Under the pieces are notes generated by a model. It ran no database searches, had not been told where the DNA came from, and was given only the letters and a program-made list of their open reading frames with translations. Positions 47,743-58,338 of a DNA stretch of 64,000 bases are shown in pieces. Positions within the stretch are counted from its first letter, which is position 1. Each line of letters starts with the position of its first letter. A program made the translations under genes and the position numbers. The DNA is from Bdellovibrionota bacterium (GTDB lineage: Bacteria; Bdellovibrionota_C; UBA2361; CALJRW01), in the NCBI GenBank assembly GCA_041740355.1, contig JBGSMD010000061.1, positions 1 to 64,000 on the forward strand, in the 5' to 3' direction.

Positions 47743-49587
47743 TTATATTAAAACTGTAAAAAACATTAGTGCTAAGATGGCAATTAAACTTAAAGCAAAA
47801 TAAAATCTAAGCTGACCATTCTGAATCATGCTTAAACTCTTGGAGCTTACTAGTGCCGTAGCTGAAAGCGACTCAATAGTCATTTTAAGAGTAGCTGTCT
47901 CGATCAAGCCTTCTAAAATTCCAGCAATTCTTTTAAGGGGTACTGTCACTAAAAGATTGTAAATCTCGTCTACAAAAAATTTATTTCGTGGGAAGAAGAA
48001 AACGACCTTGGCAAGATTCTGATAAGCAATTAACAGAGGAGTAAGAATAATTGTTAGAATCAAGACGAGTGTCGGCAAAATTGAATGTACCAAAGCTGAT
48101 CCGATTGCTTCAGGTTTAATCGTAAATTCCTTAATCGCAGGGGATAAAAATTGCCCCAAAGTTTCCGGTAAGAAAAATCCGGACACTATAGTTAAGAGCG
48201 CTAAGATGGCAATTGGTAAATTCATTAGGAAACTTGGTGAATGTAAGTGTTCTAAATCAGACTTAGGTTTAGCTAAAAAAACTAGATAAAATGAACGCGT
48301 CATGTAAACTACAGTTAGCAAAGAGATGAAAGTTAAGATCCAGGAGAAATTTCCCAAATATCCTGCTTCGTCTACAGCAAGCAAGATCTCATGTTTAGAA
48401 AAATATCCAGCTAGCGGATAAATTGCCGAAATTGCTAAGGTACAAATCAAATAGACGGTAAAAGTTACTGGTAGCTTATTCCAAAGCCCACCCATTTTAT
48501 GAATAGATTGTTCGCCGTGCATGGCATGGATAATATTTCCGGCAGATAGAAAAAGTCCTGCCTTAAAAAAAGCATGTGTTGCCACGTGAAAAAGTGCAAT
48601 TCCATAGGCGCCTGAAGCTACTGCCATAAACATTAAGCCTAATTGACTAACCGTGGAATACGCTAAAATCTTTTTTAGGTCATTCTGTGCTATGGCGATT
48701 ACTCCAGCCATGATGCAAGTGACAGTAGCAATTACAAAAATCAGCTGTTGAAGCATTGGAAAAGCTTCAAACAGATAGGACATGCGACTCATCAAATATA
48801 CACCAGCAGTCACCATAGTTGCTGCGTGAATTAGAGCTGAAACTGGAGTTGGTCCAGCCATGGCATCTGGCAGCCAAACATACAAAGGAATTTGCGCTGA
48901 CTTTCCAGTAACTGCAATAAATAATCCAACTGCAGCTAAGTACAAGTAAGGTTGAAAAGCACTATCTAATAATAAAGATTGTTCAATTCTAAGAAATTCG
49001 ACTTCTCCAATCCCAAAAATCAATGAAAAAATGGCTAAAAGTAACCCAGCATCTCCAATTCTATTATAGATAAAAGCTTTCTTGCCGGCAGCCGCATACT
49101 CGATGTTTTTATACCAAAATGAAATTAGTAGATAGGAGCATAGTCCCACCCCCTCCCAACCGATAAATAGTACTAATAAGTTATTACCTAGTACTAATAA
49201 CAACATGAAAAATATAAACAGATTCAAATAAGCGAAAAAACGTGGGCGAGAGTCATCCTCTGACATGTATCCTATTGAATATAGATGAATCAGACTTCCT
49301 ACTCCTGTAATAATCAAACACATGAATAAGGAAAGACTATCCCAAAGCAAAGAAAAATTTACATCAAGCTCGTTAAAACTAAACCAAGAGAAAAGTGAAA
49401 TTGTTTCACTCACATTAGAATTAGCTAATATACTTTGCCCTGCTAGAAGTGTCGCAACAAAACTTAGCGCACAGGCCAGTGTTGCCACTGGTCCACTAGC
49501 ACTAGGACACTTTTGCCCAACTGTATAAGCAAGGAACGAACCAAGGAGTGGAATTAGAATAAGTGATGTTAGATAAATAGAAAGCAA
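47743..49587 (-). CDS. nuoL: NADH-quinone oxidoreductase subunit L
   Basis: GWEGVGLCSYLLI, NRIGD, GKSAQIPLYVWLPDAMAGPTPVSALIHAATMV, THAFFKA. Confidence 0.96.
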   Translation of the reverse strand: MLSIYLTSLILIPLLGSFLAYTVGQKCPSASGPVATLACALSFVATLLAGQSILANSNVSETISLFSWFSFNELDVNFSLLWDSLSLFMCLIITGVGSLIHLYSIGYMSEDDSRPRFFAYLNLFIFFMLLLVLGNNLLVLFIGWEGVGLCSYLLISFWYKNIEYAAAGKKAFIYNRIGDAGLLLAIFSLIFGIGEVEFLRIEQSLLLDSAFQPYLYLAAVGLFIAVTGKSAQIPLYVWLPDAMAGPTPVSALIHAATMVTAGVYLMSRMSYLFEAFPMLQQLIFVIATVTCIMAGVIAIAQNDLKKILAYSTVSQLGLMFMAVASGAYGIALFHVATHAFFKAGLFLSAGNIIHAMHGEQSIHKMGGLWNKLPVTFTVYLICTLAISAIYPLAGYFSKHEILLAVDEAGYLGNFSWILTFISLLTVVYMTRSFYLVFLAKPKSDLEHLHSPSFLMNLPIAILALLTIVSGFFLPETLGQFLSPAIKEFTIKPEAIGSALVHSILPTLVLILTIILTPLLIAYQNLAKVVFFFPRNKFFVDEIYNLLVTVPLKRIAGILEGLIETATLKMTIESLSATALVSSKSLSMIQNGQLRFYFALSLIAILALMFFTVLI

Positions 49588-49588
49588 A

Positions 49589-49888
49589 CTAACCTCTTAA
49601 ATTATTTATTTCCTTAGTATCTAAGGATTTAAAATGCTTAAAAATACTGATAATCAAAGCGAGTCCTACAGCGACCTCACAAGCAGCCAAAACCATCACA
49701 AAAATTACCAGGATTTGACCATCTAAATTATTATTGTAATGAGAGAAACTAACTAATAATAAGTTAATTGCATTTAACATCAGCTCAATACACATGAGTG
49801 ATACAATAAGATTGCGACGAAGTACCAAACCAATGGCTCCCAGTGAGAAGATAGTAGTTGAAACTAAAATTAATAAGTTTAAGTTCAT
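49589..49888 (-). CDS. nuoK: NADH-quinone oxidoreductase subunit K
   Basis: RRNLI..LMCIELMLNA, DGQ, AACEVAVGLAL. Confidence 0.96.
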   Translation of the reverse strand: MNLNLLILVSTTIFSLGAIGLVLRRNLIVSLMCIELMLNAINLLLVSFSHYNNNLDGQILVIFVMVLAACEVAVGLALIISIFKHFKSLDTKEINNLRG

Positions 49889-50400
49889 TATAAATTATTA
49901 TGTTTAGAATTTGACTTAGCAATTAAAACTGCCCCAGTTAAAGCGGAAAGAATTACTACGGAAGCTAACTCAAAAGCGAATAAATATTTTGTAAAAAGTA
50001 GCATTCCAATCTTCTCTACAGTACCATCGTTCACTGTATCTTTAATAGTTGGTGGTAAAATTGAAATGCCTGATAATTGTGTCCAAAACAAATAAGTAAA
50101 AATTGGAAGTATTACTAAACCAACCAGTCCCCAAACAAATTTACTGCGATGAATTTCATAACCGCTACCAACATTTAGTAACATGATTACAAATAATACT
50201 AGTACCATGATCGCTCCCGCATAAACGGCTAATTGAATCATGGCGATAAAATGCGCATCCAGTAAAACAAATATCCCAGCAATCCCCACCATACAAACAA
50301 CTAATGCCAAAGCACTACTGATTGGGTTCCTAAAAAGAATCACAGACATTGCCGAAGCAATACAAAGTCCTGATAGAATATAAAAAATAAAGCTTTCCAT
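49888..50400 (-). CDS. nuoJ: NADH-quinone oxidoreductase subunit J
   Basis: RNPISSAL, Q..VYAGAIMVLVLFVIMLL, FELAS; ATG at 50400. Confidence 0.94.
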   Translation of the reverse strand: MESFIFYILSGLCIASAMSVILFRNPISSALALVVCMVGIAGIFVLLDAHFIAMIQLAVYAGAIMVLVLFVIMLLNVGSGYEIHRSKFVWGLVGLVILPIFTYLFWTQLSGISILPPTIKDTVNDGTVEKIGMLLFTKYLFAFELASVVILSALTGAVLIAKSNSKHNNL

Positions 50401-50408
50401 TGTATTCT

Positions 50409-51545
50409 CTAGTTTGAATTGAAGGCTAAAACCCAAGCGGCAGTTAAAACTAAATTTACTAAACTCATTGGCAAAAGATACTTCCAACCCAAGTCCATTA
50501 ATTGATCAAATCTAAAACGTGGTAATGACCAGCGAATTGTAACTTGCAAGATACAGAAGAACATAACTTTACTCATCAGAATGATATGACCGAGCAATGC
50601 TCCTAACATTCCATAAGTTAAATCAAAAAGTCCTAGATTTAAAAATACGGCTGTTCCAGTTGGTAAATCAAAGAGCAGTGGATCCCAGGCGCCAAAGAAA
50701 AATACCGAAAGGACTAAAGAAAAGAGAGCAATTTCTGCAAACTCACCCATCCAAAAAAGTAAGAATTTCATTCCAGAATATTCAGTGAAGTAACCAGCAA
50801 CTAGCTCTGACTCAGCTTCAGGCATATCAAATGGCCCTCTTTTTGTTTCGGCCATACCGACAATGAAGAGGATAATCATCGTAATCCAGGCAAAAGGATT
50901 AGAAAAAATCCCCCAATGTCCGCCTGCTTGGGCAGATATAATAGTATGAAAATCTAATGACTGATAAGTAACAGCAATAATTACAAAACATACCCCCATG
51001 GCTAATTCATAGGAAATCATCTGAGCAGAAGCCCGAAGTCCTCCAAGAAATGAGAATTTATTATTTCCAGTTAGCCCTGCAATAACCACACCATAAACAG
51101 CAAGCGAACCCATTGCAAAAAGAAATAATACACCAACATTTAATTGTGCTAGTTGTCCCGTAATAAGATATCCACCAATTTCAAAATCAGGTGCTAAAGG
51201 AATAACTGCAAAAGCCATAAAGACAGGTAATACTGCAAGGAATGGTGCCAAACTATGCATGAAATTTGAGACGCCTTCAGGAACAAAGTCCTCTTTGAAG
51301 ATTGCTTTCACTGGATCACAGAAAAGTGTATTTATTATACCTAGAATTCCTAGAATCTTGAGAATAAAGAATACTGGCTTTAACAGAATATATTTAGTTG
51401 TGAAGAACGTACCTGCCCTATTAGCTCCAACCCGATCTTGAATCAAAGCCGAAACTTTTCGCTCAAACCAAGTACAAGTAGAAGCAAGCAAGATAACTAG
51501 TTGCAGAACAAACGCTGTTTTTAGAAAAAGAATTAAATATTCCAC
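50409..51545 (-). CDS. nuoH: NADH-quinone oxidoreductase subunit H
   Basis: ERKV.A.IQDR.G.NR, GGLRASAQMISYE, AET.R.PFDMPEAESELVAGYFTEYSG, PRFRFDQLM..GWK. Confidence 0.96.
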   Translation of the reverse strand: MEYLILFLKTAFVLQLVILLASTCTWFERKVSALIQDRVGANRAGTFFTTKYILLKPVFFILKILGILGIINTLFCDPVKAIFKEDFVPEGVSNFMHSLAPFLAVLPVFMAFAVIPLAPDFEIGGYLITGQLAQLNVGVLFLFAMGSLAVYGVVIAGLTGNNKFSFLGGLRASAQMISYELAMGVCFVIIAVTYQSLDFHTIISAQAGGHWGIFSNPFAWITMIILFIVGMAETKRGPFDMPEAESELVAGYFTEYSGMKFLLFWMGEFAEIALFSLVLSVFFFGAWDPLLFDLPTGTAVFLNLGLFDLTYGMLGALLGHIILMSKVMFFCILQVTIRWSLPRFRFDQLMDLGWKYLLPMSLVNLVLTAAWVLAFNSN

Positions 51546-51649
51546 AGGTGGTAAATCAGTTTATTTTTTCAGGTAAATTTATTAGCGACCCTTGGGGGTC
51601 GCTGGCGAAACAAGCTTGTGTAACAAGCGTTTGAGCTGGGGAAGATAAA

Positions 51650-51726
51650 TACACTAAAACCCAAAAAATAGAAAAGCGAGTAGCTTTTTCCTTGCCGTTT
51701 TGACACACCCTGTGGGTTTTAGTGTA
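51650..51726. mobile_element. 77-bp MITE-like element with 14-bp perfect inverted ends
   Basis: TA-CACTAAAACCCA...TGGGTTTTAGTG-TA; flanking TA is compatible with an IS630-type target. Confidence 0.5.
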
Positions 51727-51895
51727 TACAACTTAAAGTGATTTGTAGCAAGTATTTGTGGCTTAGAGTTCTAGATTTCATCAGCATATTGCCTCACTAT
51801 CCAGACTCAGGCATGATTAGACGTAAATTTCAAAAATATTGCCGAAAAACGCAAAATCTACGTCCGAACTAATTGAAATAAATACTACAAGATCA

Positions 51896-52630
51896 ATGTC
51901 TTTGAACGAAATTACTGCAATCTCGATTATAATCCCGGTCCATAATGAAGAGCTTTTCCTACCTAAATGTCTAGAAGCTATTAAAAAAGCTCATCATCAG
52001 ATTTCCATTCCAATTGAAATAGTTGTTGTTCTTAATCGTTGCACCGATCAAACTGAACGAATCGCTAAAGAGGCTGGCTGTACTATAACCTCCAATGACG
52101 CCAAAAACCTTTCGGCGATACGCAATGCTGGGATTAAACTTGCCAGCGGCGATCTAATTATTACTATCGATGCCGATAGCTTCATGTCGGAGCAGATGCT
52201 TAAAAAAATATTAATCGCAATGAACTCAGGGCGTTACATTGGTGGTGGCGTAAACATTCTAGCAGAACGTTGGTCCTTAGGAATAATATGCTCAATGCTG
52301 ATGTTAGTCCCTTTAGCTGTCTTCTGGGGAATCACTGCCGGATCTTTTTTTGCTCTCAAAAAAGACATTGCTGAAATTGGCGGCTTTGACGAGGATCTTT
52401 ACAGCGCTGAAGATATTGATTTTGCAAGACGCCTAAAAAGACACGGAAAAACTCGCGGACTTAAGTTCTGTAACTTACTCTCGGCTTACATTACAACATC
52501 CTGTCGTAAGTTTGATCGCTTTGGTGATTGGTATGCATTTAAAAATCCCTTCAAGATGCTTAAGCTCCTAAAAGGTCAAAAAAGCCTAGAAGCAGATAAG
52601 ATTTGGTATGATTTTAATAATTTAGAATAA
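51896..52630 (+). CDS. Family 2 glycosyltransferase
   Basis: ISIIIPVHNEE, RNAG, IDAD, IGGFDE.L..AEDIDF, TS.RK. Confidence 0.92.
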   Translation: MSLNEITAISIIIPVHNEELFLPKCLEAIKKAHHQISIPIEIVVVLNRCTDQTERIAKEAGCTITSNDAKNLSAIRNAGIKLASGDLIITIDADSFMSEQMLKKILIAMNSGRYIGGGVNILAERWSLGIICSMLMLVPLAVFWGITAGSFFALKKDIAEIGGFDEDLYSAEDIDFARRLKRHGKTRGLKFCNLLSAYITTSCRKFDRFGDWYAFKNPFKMLKLLKGQKSLEADKIWYDFNNLE

Positions 52631-52716
52631 GTTTTTACTTGTTTAAGGGCTAAAATTTGTTACTTTATTGTAATCTTAACAAGTTCTATTTTAAGGCCTT
52701 ACTCAATTAGTTTTAG

Positions 52717-53361
52717 TTGTTACAGGAAACAATGACTTTATCATTTCCAACAATTGCACCCATAACCACAGGTAGCACATTTAACGTTCATGAAGGTATT
52801 GATGATCAACTTCAGAAGGCTGACTTAGCTTTAAGCTTAGAGGCCATTCGATTAAGCAATAAAACCCCAACAGTCATTTTAAGAATCCCCTTAAACTTAA
52901 AGGAAGAAGTATCAAAAGATTCCACATTGAGACACTTAGTACAAATAGATGATGAAGTTGCTAAAGACGCTCTATCAACAATGATCTTAAAGCAAATAGA
53001 AATTTTTAAAACACATCTTGATAGAATTGCTTCACCCGCTAGAAACTTCACCTATAAATTATGCGTTACTAAAGATGCTAGTAGTGCAATTCCAAGCAAT
53101 TTAAAAATAGATGAAGATAAAATTGCCGGAAGTTTTCCAATATCAATTGCCCAGTTACATGGAATTAGTTTGCAAAACGACTTAGAAGATGGGCGGCTAG
53201 CATCAGTCGGTCAAGGATTTAATTTTATCCATTCTGCATCAACTAACCCTGCATGCTCATTAATTTCAGCAAAAAGTAGGGAGAACGCAACTTTTGTTGG
53301 CATCATTCAGGCAAGCTATCCGCGTGATACTCTGGAAGTATTGATCGAAGCATCATTTTAA
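52717..53361 (+). CDS. Hypothetical protein
   Basis: 214-aa ORF filling the gap; start uncertain (TTG 52717 or ATG 52732); no motif. Confidence 0.65.
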   Translation: MLQETMTLSFPTIAPITTGSTFNVHEGIDDQLQKADLALSLEAIRLSNKTPTVILRIPLNLKEEVSKDSTLRHLVQIDDEVAKDALSTMILKQIEIFKTHLDRIASPARNFTYKLCVTKDASSAIPSNLKIDEDKIAGSFPISIAQLHGISLQNDLEDGRLASVGQGFNFIHSASTNPACSLISAKSRENATFVGIIQASYPRDTLEVLIEASF

Positions 53362-53400
53362 ACTCTGCGAGAAGAGGAATTTTTCGGTGAGCTAACAAAA

Positions 53401-55002
53401 TTATTGAAAGGCAATTTCCAATCCTTGCTTACGTACTAACCTTAAATTTGTATTCAGATCGCTTGGGTCAGCATTAATTTCTGCAAGCAGTGCTAATGTC
53501 ATCTCACGATCTTCTTTAGCCAAAGTTATGCTTTTGCCAAATTTAGACGCTAACATTTCAAAGTATCTCCAATGGGGATGAGTAGAGAAATCAAAATCTA
53601 ATAATCTTTCGGAATATTGCAGGCGAAGCTTATTACTAATCATTAATCCCGCTTTTTGGTAAACACTTCGAGATGGAAGTACAACGTTACAGGTGGTACG
53701 AAGTGCAGAATCAGCATCGGCAATTATGGCTACTGATAACGATAGTTTAGTTATAGCTGAAACTATTTCAGAGTTTAAATCTTGAAGATCAATTGCCCGA
53801 TCCCCAACCAAAACCAGATTTTTTATCTCCTGATTATAGATCTTATTTAATAAAGTCTGATAATCACTCTCAGGATTATCTGAAATTAACCCTAAATACT
53901 GTGCCGAACGAAAGTTTGCCGCATAATCAGGGCTAATTAAAATCTTTTCTAACTCTGTTAAGCTTCTTCCTCGGTAAGCTACGGCAACTTGTGCTTCAGG
54001 TGCAAAACTTTCCCGAAACTTTTTAACTAAATAAAAATCTTCTAGGAATAAATCAGGTGCCAATAAAAACGCGGTATCATTGGACTTTAAGGCTTCTAAA
54101 TTATTTAAAGCATCAGCAATCGAAACTACTTGTTGCTTAACGCTAGCATCTTTTAAATGATGCTTAGGAATAAAGCGATGAAATCCATAACGCCCCTCGT
54201 CACAAAGCCAGTCTTGTTTAGTGGCACTATTCGGTCGTGATTTTACATGGACAACTTGATTATCACGGATGGCAAGCTTGACTGAACATCCAGTGGAGCA
54301 ACCTGTACAAATTGTATCAACTTGTTTGGTGTACCAAATCCGAGTGTTAAATCTCCACTGCTTATGAGTTAGCGCCCCAACTGGACAAAGATCCACAACG
54401 TTTCCTGAAAAAGGATTATTTAATTCTTTCCCAGGATTAATTGAAATCATTGAGCGATCACCACGATTAACCATTCCCAACTCAGAAGTTTTAGTAACTT
54501 CATCACAGAAACGAATACAACGGGTACACATGATGCAACGCTCAGCATCTAACATAACCGTTGGACCTAATGGCTCGGCTTTTACTTTGCTAACTTTAGT
54601 TTCGATAAAACGACTTGGCTGTGCGTTATACTCAAAATGATAATCTTGTAATTTGCAGTGTCCTGCCTGGTCACAAACTGTACAATCAAGCGGATGATTA
54701 ATCAGAATCATTTCTAAGGTTGAGGCCTGTGCCTCTCTAACTTTATCGCTAGTTTGATGAGTACGAACTTTCATCCCAGGTTGAACTTGGGTATGACAAG
54801 CAATCATTAATTTAGGAGCACCTTCAACTTCGACTTGGCACATTCGGCAATTACCAACGATGCTTAAACTTTTGTGATAACAATAATGTGGGATTTTAGC
54901 GTGCACTTGCTTCGCTGCTTCAATAATTACAGTCCCTTTAGGAACACTAACTTCCAAATCATCAATTGTTAATGTAATTAAATCTAAGTTCTGTTCGTTC
55001 AT
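53401..55002 (-). CDS. nuoG: NADH-quinone oxidoreductase subunit G (short form)
   Basis: IPHYCYH..L...GNCRMC, HPLDCTVCDQAGHC, CIMCTRC, CTGCSTGC...LCDEGR. Confidence 0.93.
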   Translation of the reverse strand: MNEQNLDLITLTIDDLEVSVPKGTVIIEAAKQVHAKIPHYCYHKSLSIVGNCRMCQVEVEGAPKLMIACHTQVQPGMKVRTHQTSDKVREAQASTLEMILINHPLDCTVCDQAGHCKLQDYHFEYNAQPSRFIETKVSKVKAEPLGPTVMLDAERCIMCTRCIRFCDEVTKTSELGMVNRGDRSMISINPGKELNNPFSGNVVDLCPVGALTHKQWRFNTRIWYTKQVDTICTGCSTGCSVKLAIRDNQVVHVKSRPNSATKQDWLCDEGRYGFHRFIPKHHLKDASVKQQVVSIADALNNLEALKSNDTAFLLAPDLFLEDFYLVKKFRESFAPEAQVAVAYRGRSLTELEKILISPDYAANFRSAQYLGLISDNPESDYQTLLNKIYNQEIKNLVLVGDRAIDLQDLNSEIVSAITKLSLSVAIIADADSALRTTCNVVLPSRSVYQKAGLMISNKLRLQYSERLLDFDFSTHPHWRYFEMLASKFGKSITLAKEDREMTLALLAEINADPSDLNTNLRLVRKQGLEIAFQ

Positions 55003-55011
55003 AAAAATATT

Positions 55012-56316
55012 TTAGAGCTGATTTTCTTGTAAAACTGCCAAGCGTTTAGATTTTGCAACTAAAGAATTAGGATTGAGCGAAATTTTAGCCTCAAACTCAC
55101 TAGCAAACTTTTTTAAAATACTTTGATAAGGCATCACCATGGTATCACCAAAAGCACAGATTGTATGTCCAGCAATCTGTCCACAAACACTTTGAATCAG
55201 AGCAATATCTTCTGGTCGCCCTTGCCCGTCGGCGATTCTTTGCACAATCTTTTCAATCCAATGTCCGCCTTCCCGACAGGGAGTACACTGTCCACAAGAT
55301 TCATGGGCATAAAATTTAGTTAAGTTTAGAAGAACCTCCACCATATCCGCAGTATCATCTAGCACCATAAAACCAGCACAACCTAGCGACGATCCGGCAA
55401 GGCGCATAGATTCGTAATCTAAATTAACACCTACTAGTTCCTCCCCGGTCATTACAGGAGTGGAAGATCCTCCAGGAATAATACATTTAATCTTTCGACC
55501 TTCAAGCATTCCACCACATTCATTATTGATGAAATCAAGTAATGGATATCCCATTTCAACTTCATAGATTCCAGGCTTCTTAATATGACCTGAAGCACTT
55601 ATTAATTTTGTGCCAGAAGATTTCTCAACTCCAATCTTGAAATAAGCATCCCCACCATTTTGAACAATAAAGGGAATGTTACAAATTGTTTCCACATTAT
55701 TAATATTTGTTGGCATTCCGTAAAGTCCATAACCTGCAGGAAACGGAGGCTTAAGTCTTGGTTGCCCTTTCTTCCCTTCTAAGGAATTCATTAAGGCAGT
55801 TTCTTCCCCACAGATGTAAGCACCTGCACCACGGTGAATAATTACATCGTGACTAAAACCAGAACCAAGAATGTTTTGACCTAGTAAACCTTTCTCGTAG
55901 CACTCTTTGATTGCTTGCTTCATTACAGTGTAAGGATAAGCGTACTCACCACGAATATAAATGAAAGTTTTTTGTGCCTGTAAGGCCCAAGCACCACAAA
56001 GAATCCCTTCTAATAATAGATGAGGATTACGCTCCATGATCAAACGATCTTTAAATGTCCCTGGCTCCGACTCGTCGGCATTAATTATTAAGTAAATTGG
56101 CTTCTCTGTTTTTCGCGGAATAAAAAAACTCCACTTAATTCCAGTTGGAAATCCCGCTCCACCACGTCCGCGGAGTCCTGATTTTTTTACTTCGTCAACT
56201 ACGGAATCCGGCGACATTGATAAGGCCTTGCGAAATGACTCATAGCCTCCACGTGACTGATAGCCTGCGACAGAAACATTGTCATCAAATTCGATACCTT
56301 TTAATAAGATTTTCAT
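55012..56316 (-). CDS. nuoF: NADH-quinone oxidoreductase subunit F
   Basis: SGLRGRGGAGFPTG.KW, NADESEPGTFKDR, GAGAYICGEETAL, ESCGQCTPCREG. Confidence 0.97.
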   Translation of the reverse strand: MKILLKGIEFDDNVSVAGYQSRGGYESFRKALSMSPDSVVDEVKKSGLRGRGGAGFPTGIKWSFFIPRKTEKPIYLIINADESEPGTFKDRLIMERNPHLLLEGILCGAWALQAQKTFIYIRGEYAYPYTVMKQAIKECYEKGLLGQNILGSGFSHDVIIHRGAGAYICGEETALMNSLEGKKGQPRLKPPFPAGYGLYGMPTNINNVETICNIPFIVQNGGDAYFKIGVEKSSGTKLISASGHIKKPGIYEVEMGYPLLDFINNECGGMLEGRKIKCIIPGGSSTPVMTGEELVGVNLDYESMRLAGSSLGCAGFMVLDDTADMVEVLLNLTKFYAHESCGQCTPCREGGHWIEKIVQRIADGQGRPEDIALIQSVCGQIAGHTICAFGDTMVMPYQSILKKFASEFEAKISLNPNSLVAKSKRLAVLQENQL

Positions 56317-56885
56317 TCTTTAGTATATACGGCAGACGGTGAGTAATTTTTTAAACCTGATCCCAAAGCATCTTTTTTAGTCGAGAATTTCAGATCAGGT
56401 TTTTCTTGTTCAATTAAATTAATAATTTCGGTGATTTTTTCAGTAGTTAGATTTTCAAAGTAGGTATCATTAATCTCACACATTGGGCCTGTTCCACAGG
56501 AACCCAAACATTCCACTTGTTCAAAGCTCCATAGTCCATTGGCGCTAACTGCTTTTTCTTTAACATCACAGCGCTTTTCAATTGCTTGGCAAATCTTTTT
56601 ACTACCCTCACCCATTACCGCACAACTTAACGTGCGACAAACTTGGAAGTGATACTGACCTCGTTCTTTCGTTGTGTACATCGAATAAAATGTTACTAAC
56701 TCGCGAACATGGACAGGAGACATTTCCACTTGCTCAGCAACCCAAAGGATTCCCTCCTCCGAAATTTTACCTAATTCCTCCTGCACCAATTGCAATAAAG
56801 GCATTACTGCTGACTTCTTACTTGGATAATAATTTTTTAATTCTTCGACTCTAACTAAAGCTTCTGAAGATAAGTTAATAGACAT
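56313..56885 (-). CDS. nuoE: NADH-quinone oxidoreductase subunit E
   Basis: TFYSMY, VCRTLSC, VECLGSCG.GP 2Fe-2S motifs. Confidence 0.95.
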   Translation of the reverse strand: MSINLSSEALVRVEELKNYYPSKKSAVMPLLQLVQEELGKISEEGILWVAEQVEMSPVHVRELVTFYSMYTTKERGQYHFQVCRTLSCAVMGEGSKKICQAIEKRCDVKEKAVSANGLWSFEQVECLGSCGTGPMCEINDTYFENLTTEKITEIINLIEQEKPDLKFSTKKDALGSGLKNYSPSAVYTKE

Positions 56886-56926
56886 ATTGATTTATTAAAC
56901 TATGCATTTCCCTTAATCGTTTACAA

Positions 56927-57054
56927 TTTGAGTGAAGGTCGAATTAAAAAATTTAGCAAGAACGCAGGTGTACTGGCGATACAGCGCTTGTCCCCCATAG
57001 CCTTGGCGACGGGGGGAATATTTTGCTAAATTTTTTCTTTCGAGTTTCGCCAAA
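56927..57054. repeat. Long palindromic element with a nested REP-like hairpin between nuoD and nuoE
   Basis: TCGAA..AAAAAATTTAGCAA / TTGCTAAATTTTTT..TTCGA arms enclosing TCCCCCATAGCCTTGGCGACGGGGGGA. Confidence 0.65.
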
Positions 57055-57069
57055 GGCTGAACGATTATA

Positions 57070-58338
57070 CTACCGATCACATTCTCCCCCAATCATATTG
57101 ACCATTCCAAATGTTGGAATTAAATCAGAAATCTTCTGACCAACTAACATTTCTCTCATTGATCCCATGTGAATGAAACTTGGAGCACGCACGTGAGCAC
57201 GGTATGGCTTTCCAGATCCATCTGATACTACATAGAAACCAAGTTCGCCATTTCCACCTTCAACTGGAAAGTAAATATCTCCAATCGCTGGCTGTAATCC
57301 CTTAAACACGAGTTCAAAATGCATAATCATGCCGTCAATTGAATTATAAACTTCTTCTTTTGGAGGTAAAACAACTCGTGGGTCATCAACGTTAATCGGA
57401 CCTTCCGGCATATTCTTAAGTGCCTGCTCGCAGATTAATAGCGACTGCTCAATTTCATTAAAACGTACAAGGAAACGATCATAGTTATCACCCTTAGTTC
57501 CAAGTGGAACTTCAAAATCAAAATCTTCGTAAGAAGAATATGGAAATGCTTTGCGAACATCATAATTAACACCAGTGGATCTCAGCATTGGGCCTGTAAG
57601 TCCAAAGCTAATTGCTTTTTCTGGAGTTAAAATTGCCACATCACACATCCGGTCTAAGAAAATACGATTACGACTTAGTAAGCGATCGCAATCAGCAACT
57701 AACTCGCGAACTTTTTTAAAGGCAATCAGCGCGCGACCTTCGAAACCTGGAGTTAAATCTGCCGCGAGTCCGCCGACACGAGAATAAGAAATAGTTAAAC
57801 GAGCACCAGTTACTTCCTCAATGAGATCCCACAGTGCTTCCCTGCCCTGCATTAAATACAGCATTGCAGTCATCGCACCGAGCTCCATAGCCGAAGCTCC
57901 AAGACAAGTTAAGTGATCGGAAACCCTAGAGATCTCTGACATTAAAACTCGAATATAATCAGTGCGTTTTGGAACTTTAATGCCCATCAATTTTTCAATT
58001 GTTAAGCACCAACCCACATTATTAATAATGGGAGAAACATAATTTAAACGATCAGTGTATGGCATTACCTGATTATAAGTGACATTCTCGGACATCTTCT
58101 CAAAACCACGGTGTAAGTAGCCTACTTCCACATCGGCGTCCAAAATATCTTCCCCTGAGAGTTCACAAACAATCCGAATAGTACCGTGAGTTGCTGGATG
58201 CGTTGGCCCCATATTTAGAATCATGCTTTCCGTATGAAGGTCATCATTTAAAGCATGCGGGCGCATAGTCGTGGATAATCCTCCAACACCAAAATCGCTT
58301 TCCAACAATGAAGGTTTTTTAATTTCAGATGAACTCAT
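57070..58338 (-). CDS. nuoG-independent; nuoD: NADH-quinone oxidoreductase subunit D
   Basis: NMGPTHPATHG, GYLHRGFEK, DRLNY, GELGFY, GECDR C-terminus. Confidence 0.97.
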   Translation of the reverse strand: MSSSEIKKPSLLESDFGVGGLSTTMRPHALNDDLHTESMILNMGPTHPATHGTIRIVCELSGEDILDADVEVGYLHRGFEKMSENVTYNQVMPYTDRLNYVSPIINNVGWCLTIEKLMGIKVPKRTDYIRVLMSEISRVSDHLTCLGASAMELGAMTAMLYLMQGREALWDLIEEVTGARLTISYSRVGGLAADLTPGFEGRALIAFKKVRELVADCDRLLSRNRIFLDRMCDVAILTPEKAISFGLTGPMLRSTGVNYDVRKAFPYSSYEDFDFEVPLGTKGDNYDRFLVRFNEIEQSLLICEQALKNMPEGPINVDDPRVVLPPKEEVYNSIDGMIMHFELVFKGLQPAIGDIYFPVEGGNGELGFYVVSDGSGKPYRAHVRAPSFIHMGSMREMLVGQKISDLIPTFGMVNMIGGECDR

